From Podarcis bocagei (taxonomy: Eukaryota), in NCBI GenBank assembly GCA_964188305.1, contig OZ076885.1: 64,000 nucleotides of DNA, one strand, 5' to 3'. The stretch's first letter is position 1. Each line of letters starts with the position of its first letter. The translations under genes and the position numbers were made by a program. Below the pieces are notes generated by a model, which saw only the letters and a list, made by a program, of their open reading frames with translations, was not told where the DNA came from and ran no database searches. Below, piece after piece: positions 49,701 to 58,723 of this stretch.

Positions 49701-52542
49701 CAAAAAATCATAATGTGGGAGATGCTACAAAAAGAAAACTACCTGGCAAATCTGGAAACAAAGAAGAAAGAAAGCAGTGAAGAAAGGCTAAAGAAAATGT
49801 CAGACAAGTGCGTATCTATGGATGGAGACTTCCAAATCTCTGTTTTGATGCTAACTGAGGGCCAAACCAGACTTTTGTGTCTGTGTTTATTAAACATGTG
49901 AACACTGATTTGGTTATAAAGCTGGATGGGTGGAGTTTATTTTCTATCAATGCATGGAAAGAGGAACTTAGGGAAGGGAGAGAAAAAATGATTCAGTTCA
50001 GGTTAAAGGCAAAACTATCCAATACTCATTTTCCACAACAATGCATGAACTGAAACAGAATCACGCTTCAACACCAGCACTTCTCCAAATTTTGCAATGA
50101 AATTCTCCAGCCAAGTAATGTGTAGAAAGATGCACATACTAGGGCAAAGTGCCTAAAATGCAGATATTCGTGCAAATGAACATACAAAAAAGCATTATAT
50201 TAGGAGAAATTGCATTGCAGAAAAAAGTGTATATTAAGAGAAATCTGCATTAAAATGCTGATTAATTTTTACAAGGGCTTAAATTTAGAACTGAATGATG
50301 AGAAACTGAGAACTCAAAATTGACAAATTCATCCATCTCTAGAGGAAGTGAAAGCCACTCACTCTTGTCTCCCTGAGCTACACTGTCTGAAAATGTTCTC
50401 CCGAGATTGACTCCAGCCCTAGAAGTCCACCCCACTCCATTTAAATTAAAAACAAACAAACAAAACCATTCCTGCTTTATAAGCCAGTCCATGCATATTT
50501 AGTCACCATGTGAGTGCCTAGTTTGGTTCTGAGACAGAAGATAAGCAGTTCCTTCCCTATGTTAAGTGGGTAACCAAAGCATTCCAAATTACTCAGGGCA
50601 CAATTACTTAGAAAACAGATTTTGCATGGGAACTAGAGGAACACAGCATGCATTCAAGCCATTTGCTGTCCAAATCTCATGACCCTTCTGTAAAGCAGAG
50701 AGGATGTATTCTGCCACAGAATCACTGATGGGAGCAGATGAAAGCCCCCAGAGTTGCAACTTAGCAAGGGTTGCATTGAAATCTCAGCTGTATGAACTCC
50801 TGTATATGTGCGGGACCTACACCAATGACCACAATTTGCACACTTGCTCAAAAAATGGGGAGCAAGAATTGCAGGTAGAAAAACAGAGTCAGTATAGGCA
50901 GGTGTGAGCCAGTTCGGGGCCAGGGGGAGGGAAGGTAGATTCAATCCCACTGCCCTTTCTATTTACACAATTTAACTGTTACATTAAAGAAGGACTTTAC
51001 TCTCAACTTACTTTCACTGGACTGAATCCTTTGCAACAGACCCAATGGCCACTGTCCCAGTCATGTTCTGGAGTCTAATCCATGTTGGATCCAATAAAAT
51101 GTCTAGCTAAACTCCTCTAGTGCCTACCTCTTTGCTCACCGCTTTGATTTTCATCCCCCCTCAAAACAGGGTGAACAATCTTTCAAAGTACTTTAATGGT
51201 CTGAAAGACCAAGAGAAACGGCTTAGATCTTTGGAATCACAAGTAAGAATGCTTTTTCTTGTGTTTCAGCTATGCTTTTGTTCATGCAGGGTATAGCTAT
51301 AGATTTTTTTTTAGCGTGGATTTAATTACACAATTCTTTCCAATATCTGCTTACAAAGCATTGTATAGACAGGATAATATGTCTCAGCTTATTTGGACAA
51401 AATAGAATTGATGCGTTGATTAACTAATATCTGGTCAAGAAATTCCTCATATATGCTAATATGAATTTGTTAACCTATCTTTAAATGACATAAATTATAG
51501 TGATTACATTTAATGATCTTGACAGATAATGCAGAGATCAGGCAACCTGCCATTCACACTGGTATTTTTGTCCATCAGACAGTCAAGAGTTCTTCATTTT
51601 CCCACTTTAGTGAGGAAACTTTCCAGTCCAGTTTTATCTCTGTCTTCATTTTCAATCTATGGTCTAAAGTTTGGACTCTGAACCTTAGCAAGGATTTCCC
51701 TTGCCCTTCACATCCCTACTAAGCTAGAAGTGCAGATACAGCAAGTTGCCTTCAATATTATTCATTCAAATGGCACCTAAGACCTAGGTCCATAAGTCAT
51801 TGGCTGAATGTAGATTAGAGACAAGGTCCTCACCAGCAGCAACAGAGCTAAAAATGCAACTGTGAAGCTATGCTTTAGCTGATTAATTTGTGCTTTAAAA
51901 ATGTATTCAAATCGCAAGCAAATCTACCAGATCTCTTTAGGATTGCAACGCCAGTGTGTCATTTTGAATGGTAATGGAAGATTTGGTGATACCAAAACCA
52001 TTTCTTTTGTAGATCTCCTACTGCACAGTTACCCTTTCCTCAATGGCAGACACCTTAAGCAACAACAGCTTCTTTTTGAACAGACAACCTATGAACTACA
52101 CACGTGAGTAAGGTGCAGAGAATGATTCTGAAAGTAAATAAACAAAAGTAAAACATTTTTTAAAGAGAAAAATCAGCAGTAAAAGGCTAAGTAGAAAACA
52201 ACAGCAACAACAACAATTTATTTATACCCAAGAACAACAATTTATTATTTATACCCCATCCACCTGGCTGGGTTTCCTCAGCCACTCTGGGCGGCTTCCA
52301 ACAGAATATTAAAATACAATAATCTATTAAACATTAAAAGCTTCCCCAAACAGCCCACACAGTTTATCAAAAAGTGTTTGTTGTTAAAAATTACAGAGAT
52401 TACTTAAGGTACTTTTTCTTCCACTGAACTCAAGGTGGTGAACATGGGGTTCCTTGGCAGTCTCCTGCCCAAGCACTAATCAAACCCAGACTTTCAGCAA
52501 GGTTGCTGCATCATGCGCTTTCCAAGTTCCAGACCTGGGATA

Positions 52543-52599
<57 letters not shown>

Positions 52600-53009
52600 T
52601 TCATGCTTGAACCTGTCATGATGCTTAATATTTCCACTGGAACTTTACACCCTGGAATCAGTTTGAGCAGTACAGATCAAAATGCTCAGTTGTGAAGATA
52701 AGCACTCAAAGCATACAGTCTGCTTTTCAGCTCCCTCAGCTTTGTGGACTCCATTAAGTTGACAGCTGCTCTTCACATGCATTGAGGGATGCAAGCATAC
52801 GCTGGTTCCAAAGCTAACAGGGAAGTCCTTGCTTATGCATTAGGTCATTGTATCTAACTGTTTGCCCTTGGATAGAAAAATGTCTGTTCTGTCTCTTCAT
52901 GAGATTAATGTGCATCTTTGTGAGATTAATGGATTTCTATTTCATCTGGCTAAATCCAGTGCCTTCCATAGTGACAAATTCCAGAGAGGAAGCCATGTTA
53001 GGCTGCTGA
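19609..53009 (+). CDS. TRPM5: TRPM5, Ca2+-activated monovalent cation channel (whole-gene span; about 26 coding exons, about 1,230 aa; first and last exons provisional)
   Basis: Spliced translation gives TRPM5 hallmarks in order: [85 protein letters not shown] pore, [17 protein letters not shown] box [13 protein letters not shown]. All intron phases are consistent, and it lies convergent to TSSC4 as in mammals. Confidence 0.96.
19894..19964 (+). CDS. TRPM5: TRPM5 candidate upstream coding exon B ([24 protein letters not shown])
   Basis: Long pyrimidine tract and ccag acceptor; open frame; donor GT|GTAAGT is phase 2, matching the acceptor at 20265. Confidence 0.6.
20265..20418 (+). CDS. TRPM5: TRPM5 exon equivalent to human exon 1 (...[16 protein letters not shown])
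   Basis: Homologous to human GEVNFGGSGKKRGK; acceptor ttcag|, donor AAG|GTAGCA. Confidence 0.85.
21316..21496 (+). CDS. TRPM5: TRPM5 exon 2 (FIKVP...AAQSTG)
   Basis: tacag| ... G|GTCGGT; [16 protein letters not shown] motif. Confidence 0.95.
22137..22303 (+). CDS. TRPM5: TRPM5 exon 3 ([11 protein letters not shown]...LLDNAK)
   Basis: tttcag| ... AAG|GTATAT; matches MHR1/2 sequence. Confidence 0.95.
22665..22878. mobile_element. hAT-type MITE
   Basis: CAGGGG...CCTCTG ends, 8-bp TSD (T/C)GCACAGG. Confidence 0.75.
23273..23453 (+). CDS. TRPM5: TRPM5 exon 4 (DDSLISY...HSHFILVD...EQRTGYG)
   Basis: cctag| ... G|GTGGGC; conserved HFILV and EKHISEQR. Confidence 0.95.
24163..24227 (+). CDS. TRPM5: TRPM5 exon 5 ([21 protein letters not shown])
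   Basis: ctag| ... GAG|GTAAAG; near-identical to human [14 protein letters not shown]. Confidence 0.95.
26027..26218 (+). CDS. TRPM5: TRPM5 exon 6 ([23 protein letters not shown]...QWTAV)
   Basis: aacag| ... GTG|GTAAAT; 192 nt, phase 0-0. Confidence 0.95.
26443..27120 (-). mobile_element. CR1 LINE 3' fragment, interrupted by the hAT MITE and ending at the gap
   Basis: Reverse CR1 3' end (ATCATA..GAGTTGGAAGGGACC..GATCTAATCCAAC) and end-of-ORF2 remnants. Confidence 0.8.
26659..26963. mobile_element. hAT-type MITE nested in a CR1 fragment
   Basis: TIR CAGGGCTGTCTTA/TAAGATGGCCCTG, perfect 8-bp TSD GTTGGAAT. Confidence 0.88.
27128..27275. other. Assembly gap (148 N) in TRPM5 intron 6
   Basis: Run of N; flanking exons 6 and 7 join in phase, so no conserved exon is missing. 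Confidence 0.99.
27526..27628 (+). CDS. TRPM5: TRPM5 exon 7 (IQSIL...[13 protein letters not shown])
   Basis: tttag| ... G|GTAACA. Confidence 0.95.
28292..28410 (+). CDS. TRPM5: TRPM5 exon 8 (ACKSHSQE...GDVEWK)
   Basis: gtag| ... AAG|GTAGGG; [21 protein letters not shown]. Confidence 0.95.
28900..28940. repeat. Short tandem duplication (ATTTAGAAGCATTTAGAAC)x2 after an (ATTT)n tract
   Basis: Seen directly. Confidence 0.85.
29119..29361 (-). mobile_element. Squam3/MIR-like CORE SINE
   Basis: Reverse tRNA head, CORE-like GGGTGACCTTGGGCTAGTCAC, (CTT/CGT)n tail. Confidence 0.8.
29408..29589. mobile_element. hAT-type MITE
   Basis: TIR CAGTGCCGGATTTA/TAAATCTGGCCCTG; degenerate 8-bp TSD GTCCCACC/GTCTTACC. 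Confidence 0.75.
29880..29945 (-). mobile_element. RTE/BovB 3' tail fragment
   Basis: Reverse complement reads CTGGTCCATGGGGTCATGAAGAGACGGACACAACTAAATGACTAAACAACAA. Confidence 0.75.
30224..30574 (+). CDS. TRPM5: TRPM5 exon 9 ([20 protein letters not shown]...SKKKA)
   Basis: ctcag| ... GCC|GTAAGT; 351 nt. Confidence 0.95.
32352..32483 (+). CDS. TRPM5: TRPM5 exon 10 (DKISAK...[15 protein letters not shown]...YFWAM)
   Basis: tttag| ... ATG|GTAAGC. Confidence 0.93.
32677..32918. mobile_element. Tc1/mariner-type MITE, family 1 copy c
   Basis: Same TIRs and TA TSD. Confidence 0.9.
34437..34582. mobile_element. hAT-type MITE
   Basis: TIR CAGTGGCGTAGC, perfect 8-bp TSD ATTGTTGG. Confidence 0.88.
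34668..34726. repeat. (GT)n microsatellite, interrupted
   Basis: Seen directly. Confidence 0.97.
35538..35661 (+). CDS. TRPM5: TRPM5 exon 11 ([15 protein letters not shown]...YEQLAV)
   Basis: cccag| ... G|GTAAGC. Confidence 0.95.
35769..36521 (+). mobile_element. Young solo LTR (753 bp) in TRPM5 intron 11, containing a 184-aa ORF
   Basis: TGTCAG...CTGACA inverted termini, perfect 5-bp TSD CACGC (35764-35768, 36522-36526), AATAAA at 36448-36453, CpG-rich. Confidence 0.85.
35842..36396 (+). CDS. LTR-internal ORF, 184 aa, Ser/Gly/Glu-rich with Arg-rich C-terminal motif (hypothetical accessory protein)
   Basis: AAGATGA start, open to TAG, poly(A) signal 52 nt downstream; fills about 74% of the LTR; expression unproven. 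Confidence 0.45.
   Translation: MSDDDDPRSPSLSSESEDSQKGAPVARARGESRGAPQEDRARGDSGESSWKSGPASPPGSREEEGSQGASAGSSPQEGGHESGVATPPSGSEETVKRKVEGWARAPSSNAEEGGAVSSPEREPGPKARRKEAGGSGSASEESRKEETPGGRGTQRRTVRRKRWSRARILSWCTRGGDSDGASPI
36930..37690 (-). mobile_element. Decayed LTR-like element (boundaries approximate)
   Basis: Minus strand has a purine-rich U3-like part followed by pyrimidine-rich GACCTTG/GACTCTG-type repeats; no clean TSD found. Confidence 0.4.
37843..37985 (+). mobile_element. tRNA-Lys-derived SINE with CR1-type 3' tail
   Basis: GGATAGCTCAGTCGGTA...GTTCAAGCCCTACGTTGGGC head followed by GGACTAGATGATCC..TTCCAAC tail. Confidence 0.7.
39544..39689 (+). CDS. TRPM5: TRPM5 exon 12 (LFSECY...FFAHDGVQ)
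   Basis: gtag| ... CAG|GTGAGT. Confidence 0.95.
40043..40155 (+). CDS. TRPM5: TRPM5 exon 13 ([11 protein letters not shown]...NLISF)
   Basis: tccag| ... AG|GTAAGA. Confidence 0.95.
40719..41768. mobile_element. 1.05-kb non-autonomous Tc1/mariner-type element with GC-rich internal palindromic repeats
   Basis: TIR CAGTGGT(A/G)CCTCGCAAGACGAA, TA TSD, subterminal CGCAAGACG repeats; TIR start shared with MITE family 1. Confidence 0.9.
42688..42783 (+). CDS. TRPM5: TRPM5 exon 14 ([31 protein letters not shown])
   Basis: ttgcag| ... AG|GTAAGA; phase 2-2; resembles human QDLDSLDTEK. Confidence 0.88.
43961..44082. mobile_element. Palindromic MITE (PIF/Harbinger-like, TAA/TTA flanks)
   Basis: About 53-bp imperfect inverted arms TAAGGGTGGTAGTCA.../...TGACTACCACCCTTA. 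Confidence 0.7.
44329..44587 (+). CDS. TRPM5: TRPM5 exon 15 (S1-S2: [12 protein letters not shown]...LEEIRQ)
   Basis: tttcag| ... CAG|GTGGGT. Confidence 0.96.
44976..45094 (+). CDS. TRPM5: TRPM5 exon 16 (SFFTDED...[11 protein letters not shown]...VTCR)
   Basis: tacag| ... AG|GTTTGT. Confidence 0.96.
45217..45349 (+). CDS. TRPM5: TRPM5 exon 17 (S4: [29 protein letters not shown])
   Basis: cccag| ... ATG|GTAAGT. Confidence 0.96.
45915..46089 (+). CDS. TRPM5: TRPM5 exon 18 (S5 and pore: [11 protein letters not shown]...[10 protein letters not shown])
   Basis: tacag| ... T|GTAAGG. Confidence 0.96.
47159..47327 (+). CDS. TRPM5: TRPM5 exon 19 (pore turret and S6), ends at a GC donor
   Basis: tacag| ... 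AG|GCAAGT; YANWLVI...[10 protein letters not shown]. Confidence 0.93.
48820..48998 (+). CDS. TRPM5: TRPM5 exon 20 ([14 protein letters not shown] box, ...KKEHL)
   Basis: ttcaag| ... G|GTAAGC; phase 2 start restores ...AMFSYTF. Confidence 0.93.
49675..49807 (+). CDS. TRPM5: TRPM5 exon 21 ([15 protein letters not shown]...KKMSD)
   Basis: atag| ... AA|GTGCGT. Confidence 0.93.
51170..51242 (+). CDS. TRPM5: TRPM5 exon 22 ([24 protein letters not shown], coiled coil)
   Basis: aacag| ... CAA|GTAAGA; 73 nt. Confidence 0.92.
52013..52103 (+). CDS. TRPM5: TRPM5 exon 23 ([15 protein letters not shown]...)
   Basis: tgtag| ... C|GTGAGT; matches human INYCSVLVSSVADVL. Confidence 0.88.
52543..52596. repeat. 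Compound (TG)n(AG)n microsatellite
   Basis: Seen directly. Confidence 0.97.
52960..53009 (+). CDS. TRPM5: TRPM5 candidate terminal coding exon ([16 protein letters not shown]); an alternative acceptor at 52730 gives [10 protein letters not shown]
   Basis: atccag| acceptor read in phase 1 reaches TGA at 53007-53009; no homology support and at least one competing acceptor. Confidence 0.3.
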
Positions 53010-56000
53010 AAAGAAAATACTTTGTTGGTCTTATCATTACTTGGCACACCAGACACTGCAGAGGAAGAATAATTCTAGACAGTGAATCCAAAGGCCAGGA
53101 AACGCAAGAGTCCAGGAAAGTCTGTGACATTTCTATGCAAAGCTTGCATTTATGCAAGTGGCCCAGTCACAGCAGCAGTAACCAAAGATGCTATCTTCCT
53201 AGTTATGCTTATTTTAACACCATCAACTGGAAACAAACCTTTGCTTCATAAAATAACTACAGGTGTTAACTTAGCATAGATTGGAAAGAGAAGTGGCTGA
53301 ATTGCAACTTATTACCAAACTTAAAACCATGGAGAGACCTGGTCTGAATAGAGACATTGGATTCTTAAGGTGCTACTGGAATGAATTTTTTGTTTTTTAT
53401 TTTGTTTCTACTACAACAGACCAATACGGCTACCTACCTGTAACTACAAGAAAAATGTCAGACCTTACTCCATCTCTGCATTTCATTATTGTTTCTCTCC
53501 AAACCTTCCCCCATCTTGGTCTGTGTGCAAAACTATAACAATCCTTTTCCCCCTTCTTTTAAAAGAAAACCCAGATATCATGGATGAAAGGGATTATAAG
53601 GAAATAGCTCTGCAGATATTCAGTAAAACTGTCTGGCCTAAAACAACTCTCATACCTGCTCATATTAACCAGTGTTTTTACTCCAAAAACCTCCACAGGT
53701 TTCATAACCACAGGCACAAATCAAACGCCTGCACCAGAAGGCAATGAAGCTGGAGAAGGCACCCATCAGTTTGAAGATGACATGATGTACATCGATAACT
53801 AACGCTACTTGCAGAAGATCAAACATTTTGCTGTGTTTTTGATTGACTTTTTGACATATTCATCACGGTCTTCAATTACCTAAAGGGTTTTTTCTTTTGA
53901 TGGCCGAGTACTGCCCTGTCTTCCGTACCAAACATATAAAAAGCCTATGGTGAAGCGTTGCATCCAATTTATTAGCCTTATAAATGCTGACTGATTGCTT
54001 CCAATAATCTATCACCTTCTCAGCAGTCCGAAGTTTAAACTTGTGCTGCTGTTCTAATTTATGCCATGCAAATAAACCACTCATGCTAGACCATTCCAAA
54101 CCTTCTTAGCAACAGTAATCAGCATATGTACAAAATACATTCTGCACATACTTTTTCCTTTTTAAAGGAAACTAGTTAAAAAATCCAATTACGATGCAGA
54201 GTATTAATTTGCAAATAAACCAACATGCTACTTTGACAGATCTCTGTACTATTGAGGAAAATAGCACTATGTTTGTAAAGCCGCAGCTTTAAGCTTCCAC
54301 ATATCACAACTGCCGTTAAAAAAATGGATTACCAGGTTTGTCTGTAAAACAAAGAGCTGCTTAGAAGATTTTTCCCAGCAAGGTTCTGCCACCTGCAAAA
54401 AGTCTTTACTACTGGCAGTAGTAAAACACTATTACTGAACAAGCTCTCTTAAACTCTACTGCACTCACAAGGGCAGGCGAGGTTGCCACAATAATCTGGC
54501 ATTGTTATTTTACCTTTAGCATTTGCTTGCAAGCAGGTAAGTCTTCCCAGCACAGAGATGCAATAATCAGAAAGTGCTTCATTTGCTGTTATTTCTGATA
54601 GTGATGCAGCTATTATGCCTGCTAAAGGGGGGGAAATGACCATATCTCATTCCCACGCCCGGTGAACAATGCAGAAAATGCACCTTAACTCACCTTTTGG
54701 GGGTGAAAGCACTTGTCTGGCCACAAGGGACCTACATCTGATGGTTCTGAAAGAGCATGGACTTCTTAATAGTAAATAAATAGGACCTCAGAAACTACTG
54801 CTCACTGGGCCATCAGATAAAGAAATCAAGAGTTTAGCCATTGTGACAGTTTAGAAAAATTAATGTTCAGCTAAAAGGGTACATCTTTCCATGTGAAGGA
54901 CTATTCCAAAAACATGTCCAGGATATAATGTCACATACATATGCTCAATGCCATATTGTTAGATGACAAAATGTCTCCCTCCATGGAATACAGCTACTTG
55001 TTTTGAGTTGCAGCTGCAAGTTGATTGACGTAAGTAGGGCACAAGCACCTAGTCAGCATTGAAGCAGACCAACTTTTTTCAGAATTCTACATTTCCCAAA
55101 CATGTCTGAGGTCATTGGAAGTTGCCACTAGAATAAGATGGGTGGGTGTGGACACACCGCAGTGTGTGTGTGTTGGGCAGGGTGGCGCTAGGTGGAAGCT
55201 AGCTGTTACCCCCCTGAAGTGCTGACCAAGAGATCCAGCAAAATGAGATCTGGTGCTTTTTCAAAAACACAGATGTGTAAAACGTTGAAGCATGCAGATG
55301 TGTCATAAATTAAGCACCAAAGTGTAAGGTGATGCTGGAAATGACAATGCTTCATGATTACAGTTAGCTTGCTCTGCAAAGCCACTTCAGTAGCTCATAA
55401 GGGAGAAAAGTAAAATGCAGGCAAGAAACATTTATGCAGATCGCTCCTATCTTGCAGACTGAAATAATAAGTTCTGAAGCTCCTTTCCTTAGAGACATAT
55501 TGAAATCTCAGCATCGTTGCGCTGCAAGATATTACTTGGCTGGCTTATGGTTGCCACATTACATTTTTAAAGTTGGGAAGATTCGGCTTATAAATACTAT
55601 TAATTTGTCAACTACTTTTAATTTATCATCTTACCCAGATGCTAAGAAAGTTGATGTGAGTCTTATTTTTTTGGTTTATTGTTATTTTAACTCTTCAAAT
55701 GTTTTAAATTACTGTTAATTTTTCATAGTGATAATTTTATTGCTTTATTTTGTAAACTGCTTTGAGGGTTTTTTGTGCTTTTTTAAACAATCAAGTGGTG
55801 TATAAATTTGATGAAATAAAAATAAATGAAATATGCTGGAAGAAAATGCTCCCTAGACCAGTAGTGAGGAGCCTAAAGTCTGTGGACCTAATTAGCCAGC
55901 TGGGGTAGATGCAGCTTTGCACAGTGAGGCAGCTGCATACCTGTGATCCTGCCCTTACCAGAGCATATGAGTCTCCTTTTTATCCTCATAACCCTGGGAA

Positions 56001-56145
56001 GTAGGTTAGGCTGCATGCTCGGTTAAAGGTCACCCAATAGGACTGTTTGGGTTTGGTGCGCATTTGAGCCCAGCTCTCCCAACATTCTAAGCCCCATTCC
56101 AGACACTGGCTCTCTGAGTAGCTGGAGTTCGGGTGCAAACCATTA

Positions 56146-56314
56146 CCGTATTTTTCGCTCTATAACATGCACCCGACCATAACACGCACGTAGTTTTTAG
56201 AGGAGGAAAATCCGTAGGCATGCCACCCATAGGCATTCCCTCCATAACACGCACAGACATTTCCCCTTACTTTCTAGGAGGAAAAAAGTGAGTGTTATGG
56301 TGCAAAAAATACGG
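56146..56314. mobile_element. 169-bp mariner/pogo-type MITE, family 2 copy b
   Basis: Same length and TIRs as copy a, only a few substitutions. Confidence 0.88.
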
Positions 56315-57688
56315 TATATATGTGATTTTTAAAAACAAACATATTTTCATTAAGTGATTGCGTGATGGCCTTAATGTGGTTTTGTGCAATTTAAATGGCT
56401 ACCTTTCTCCTCCTTATCAGATACTCCTGTGTCTGAACCAGCAGTCAAGAGTGGGGAAAATTTGTCAGGGGCGCAAAACAATGAGAGATAGGAAAAGCTC
56501 TTTTTCCGTCACAGCATCCCAAGGTGAGCCTAACCAATTTGATTCCACTACAACCACCAAAGAACAGATTAATAACTGCTGCTACAGATCGTAATAGGTT
56601 GAAGCAGCTTGTGGATGAATGGACAGAGATAACAGGGTGGAAGAGAGCTGTTGCTGGAGGGAGAAGGTAGGGTTGGGTGGGGAAAATATACCTGTCAAGT
56701 CTTGACAAGCATCACCAGTCGCTAACACACATACCTTTGGACAAAAAAAGCAGCAATTAAAATTTTTATTGACACCAAGGATAATATGAAAAGGATCACA
56801 TAGTAGGTCTGTTAAAGAGTCCGTTTTAAGTCCTTTAATTCCCAAACAAATCCAGTTAATTTGTTATGAAATCACTTTACTTTAGGGAGCAGCTCTTGGA
56901 TATGCAGATGGAAGCATCACAGTTGCAAAGGACGGAAGTAGTGGATATTCAGTGCTGAGATCGTTCTTCATATTTCATAATCCAATGAAGTCTTATTCTG
57001 GTCGTTGGCTCTGTCTTTTCTAGCTTTTAAAAAATGTGTGCATGTTCCCTGCAAGCTTTGCTTCCATGATCCTAATTTGTTGCTATCAAGCACCATGCTA
57101 TATAGAAACAAGGGAACATCCATGCTGCATTTTACAGCATGTAGACACTTCCCATTTTCAGTCCTTCTACAGCATATGGCTTGTTACTTACTGTGCTTTT
57201 ATTTTCATTGGCAGTGTGGAGAGGTATGGGCTTGTACTAAACCTTTGTTTGATCAAGCAAGTATATTTGGATGCATCTTGGGCTTCATTCACATGGCATG
57301 TTTTGCCAGTACTCAGAGATGGGATACTAGTCAAAAGATTTTACACAAAGTGCTAAGCAAAACAGTAGCTCAACAAAATCTGGAGGAGTATGCAGGTATG
57401 CAGTTGTAAGATTTGTTCCAAAAGTGAAAAACAACAACAACCAGATGTTCCTTTACAGGCAAAGTATTTGTAGACATTTCTGCACCACTGCAAACTAAAA
57501 TTTTGCCTAGTTTTGATACTACAATACAGAGGGACATCATGGAATCGGTAAATGGAACGCTAAAATATATCTAAGTCACAGCTCCAAGTATGCTAAACAA
57601 AGCAAGCAAGTAGCCAAAACTCATGCAAACAATGAAGAAAATAATTTTAGGGAAACACTTCTTTAAAAACACTATAATTTATCCAGCT

Positions 57689-58723
57689 TTAGGACTCTTC
57701 CTCCTCTTCATCATTGCTGGCTTTGGGTCGGAAATGCTTTCTATTCCTTTTCTTGCTACCATGGAATCCCATGGTTCCCACCACTGTCTCTTCATCTGCC
57801 TGAGAAGAATCTACACCAGATCCTCTTTGAACACTTAACTCCTCCAGTTTTGGTTGTTTCCAATCCTCTGCTTCCTTTATATCTAAAGGGTCTAGTACAC
57901 CCTCCTCCTTGTTCTGGGTCTTAGGCTTCTTTGGAGGGTTCTCTTTGGGTTCTTTGTTTGCATCACTAAGCTTGTCTTCTTCATCCTCCTTGGCGGCAGC
58001 TCTTTTCCTATCTGAGCCTGCTTTTGTGGGTTTGGTAAAGACAATCCTTCCAGCACCAGAACTGGAGGGATCCTGATTGAAGGATGGGGTGTAGCTTTCA
58101 GGAGAGGCTGACCTCTCTTCCCCTCTAGTCTTCTTCATGCCCTCCAGAAACTCCATGGCAATTGATCTGTTGGTCTTATCACTGGACTCTGAAACATCAT
58201 CCAAGCTGTACTTGGTCCAGCGTTCTGGGTGCGCAACATAATCAGGAACTGCTGGAGAACTTTTAGGAGCTGGTGGTGGCTTGCTGTGTCTTCCAATGCT
58301 TTCTGCAGCAATCTTGCTTGAAATGTTGGGTGGAGGCAGAGGCCGCTTAAATCTTCCATCAATCACATTATCTTCAGCCATTGAGGGCACTGCTCGTTTG
58401 GCTGCCCCTTCCAGACAGTCAAAAATGCTCTGGCTGCGCTGGGAAAAGCTTGAACTCATGCCTTTCAGGTGAAACGGCTGCACAGGTGATTTTTGGTTGC
58501 TGTGTAAAGGGTCACCGCTTTCATCTGATCTACTACCCACATCATCTGAAGGAAGGGATTCCTCAGGAGATACAGTATCAACTTCAGCATCGCCAGGAAA
58601 CCCAAAGTCATCTGAATCTGAATCACTCAGAGAAATTGTGTCTGAAGGAAGGACACCCTCGTAATCGGCGGCCCCGCCAGCCACTATACCCATGAAGGGT
58701 TCACCTGCACCTTCATCACCCAT
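57689..58723 (-). CDS. TSSC4: TSSC4 (U5 snRNP-associated protein), single coding exon, 344 aa
   Basis: Uninterrupted ORF with TSSC4 blocks LPSDTISLSDSD, FSQRSQSIFDCL, FKRP, PDYVAHPERWTKYSL, FNQD, IVFTKP, GFHGSKKR; minus-strand acceptor ttgttccag| starts the exon at 58809; convergent with TRPM5. Confidence 0.95.
   Translation of the reverse strand: MGDEGAGEPFMGIVAGGAADYEGVLPSDTISLSDSDSDDFGFPGDAEVDTVSPEESLPSDDVGSRSDESGDPLHSNQKSPVQPFHLKGMSSSFSQRSQSIFDCLEGAAKRAVPSMAEDNVIDGRFKRPLPPPNISSKIAAESIGRHSKPPPAPKSSPAVPDYVAHPERWTKYSLDDVSESSDKTNRSIAMEFLEGMKKTRGEERSASPESYTPSFNQDPSSSGAGRIVFTKPTKAGSDRKRAAAKEDEEDKLSDANKEPKENPPKKPKTQNKEEGVLDPLDIKEAEDWKQPKLEELSVQRGSGVDSSQADEETVVGTMGFHGSKKRNRKHFRPKASNDEEEEES

Noticed and set aside
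6147-56314. Two MITE copies 49,999 bp apart
   Set aside because: Flanks are unrelated and each has its own TA TSD; the spacing is coincidental and not a segmental duplication.
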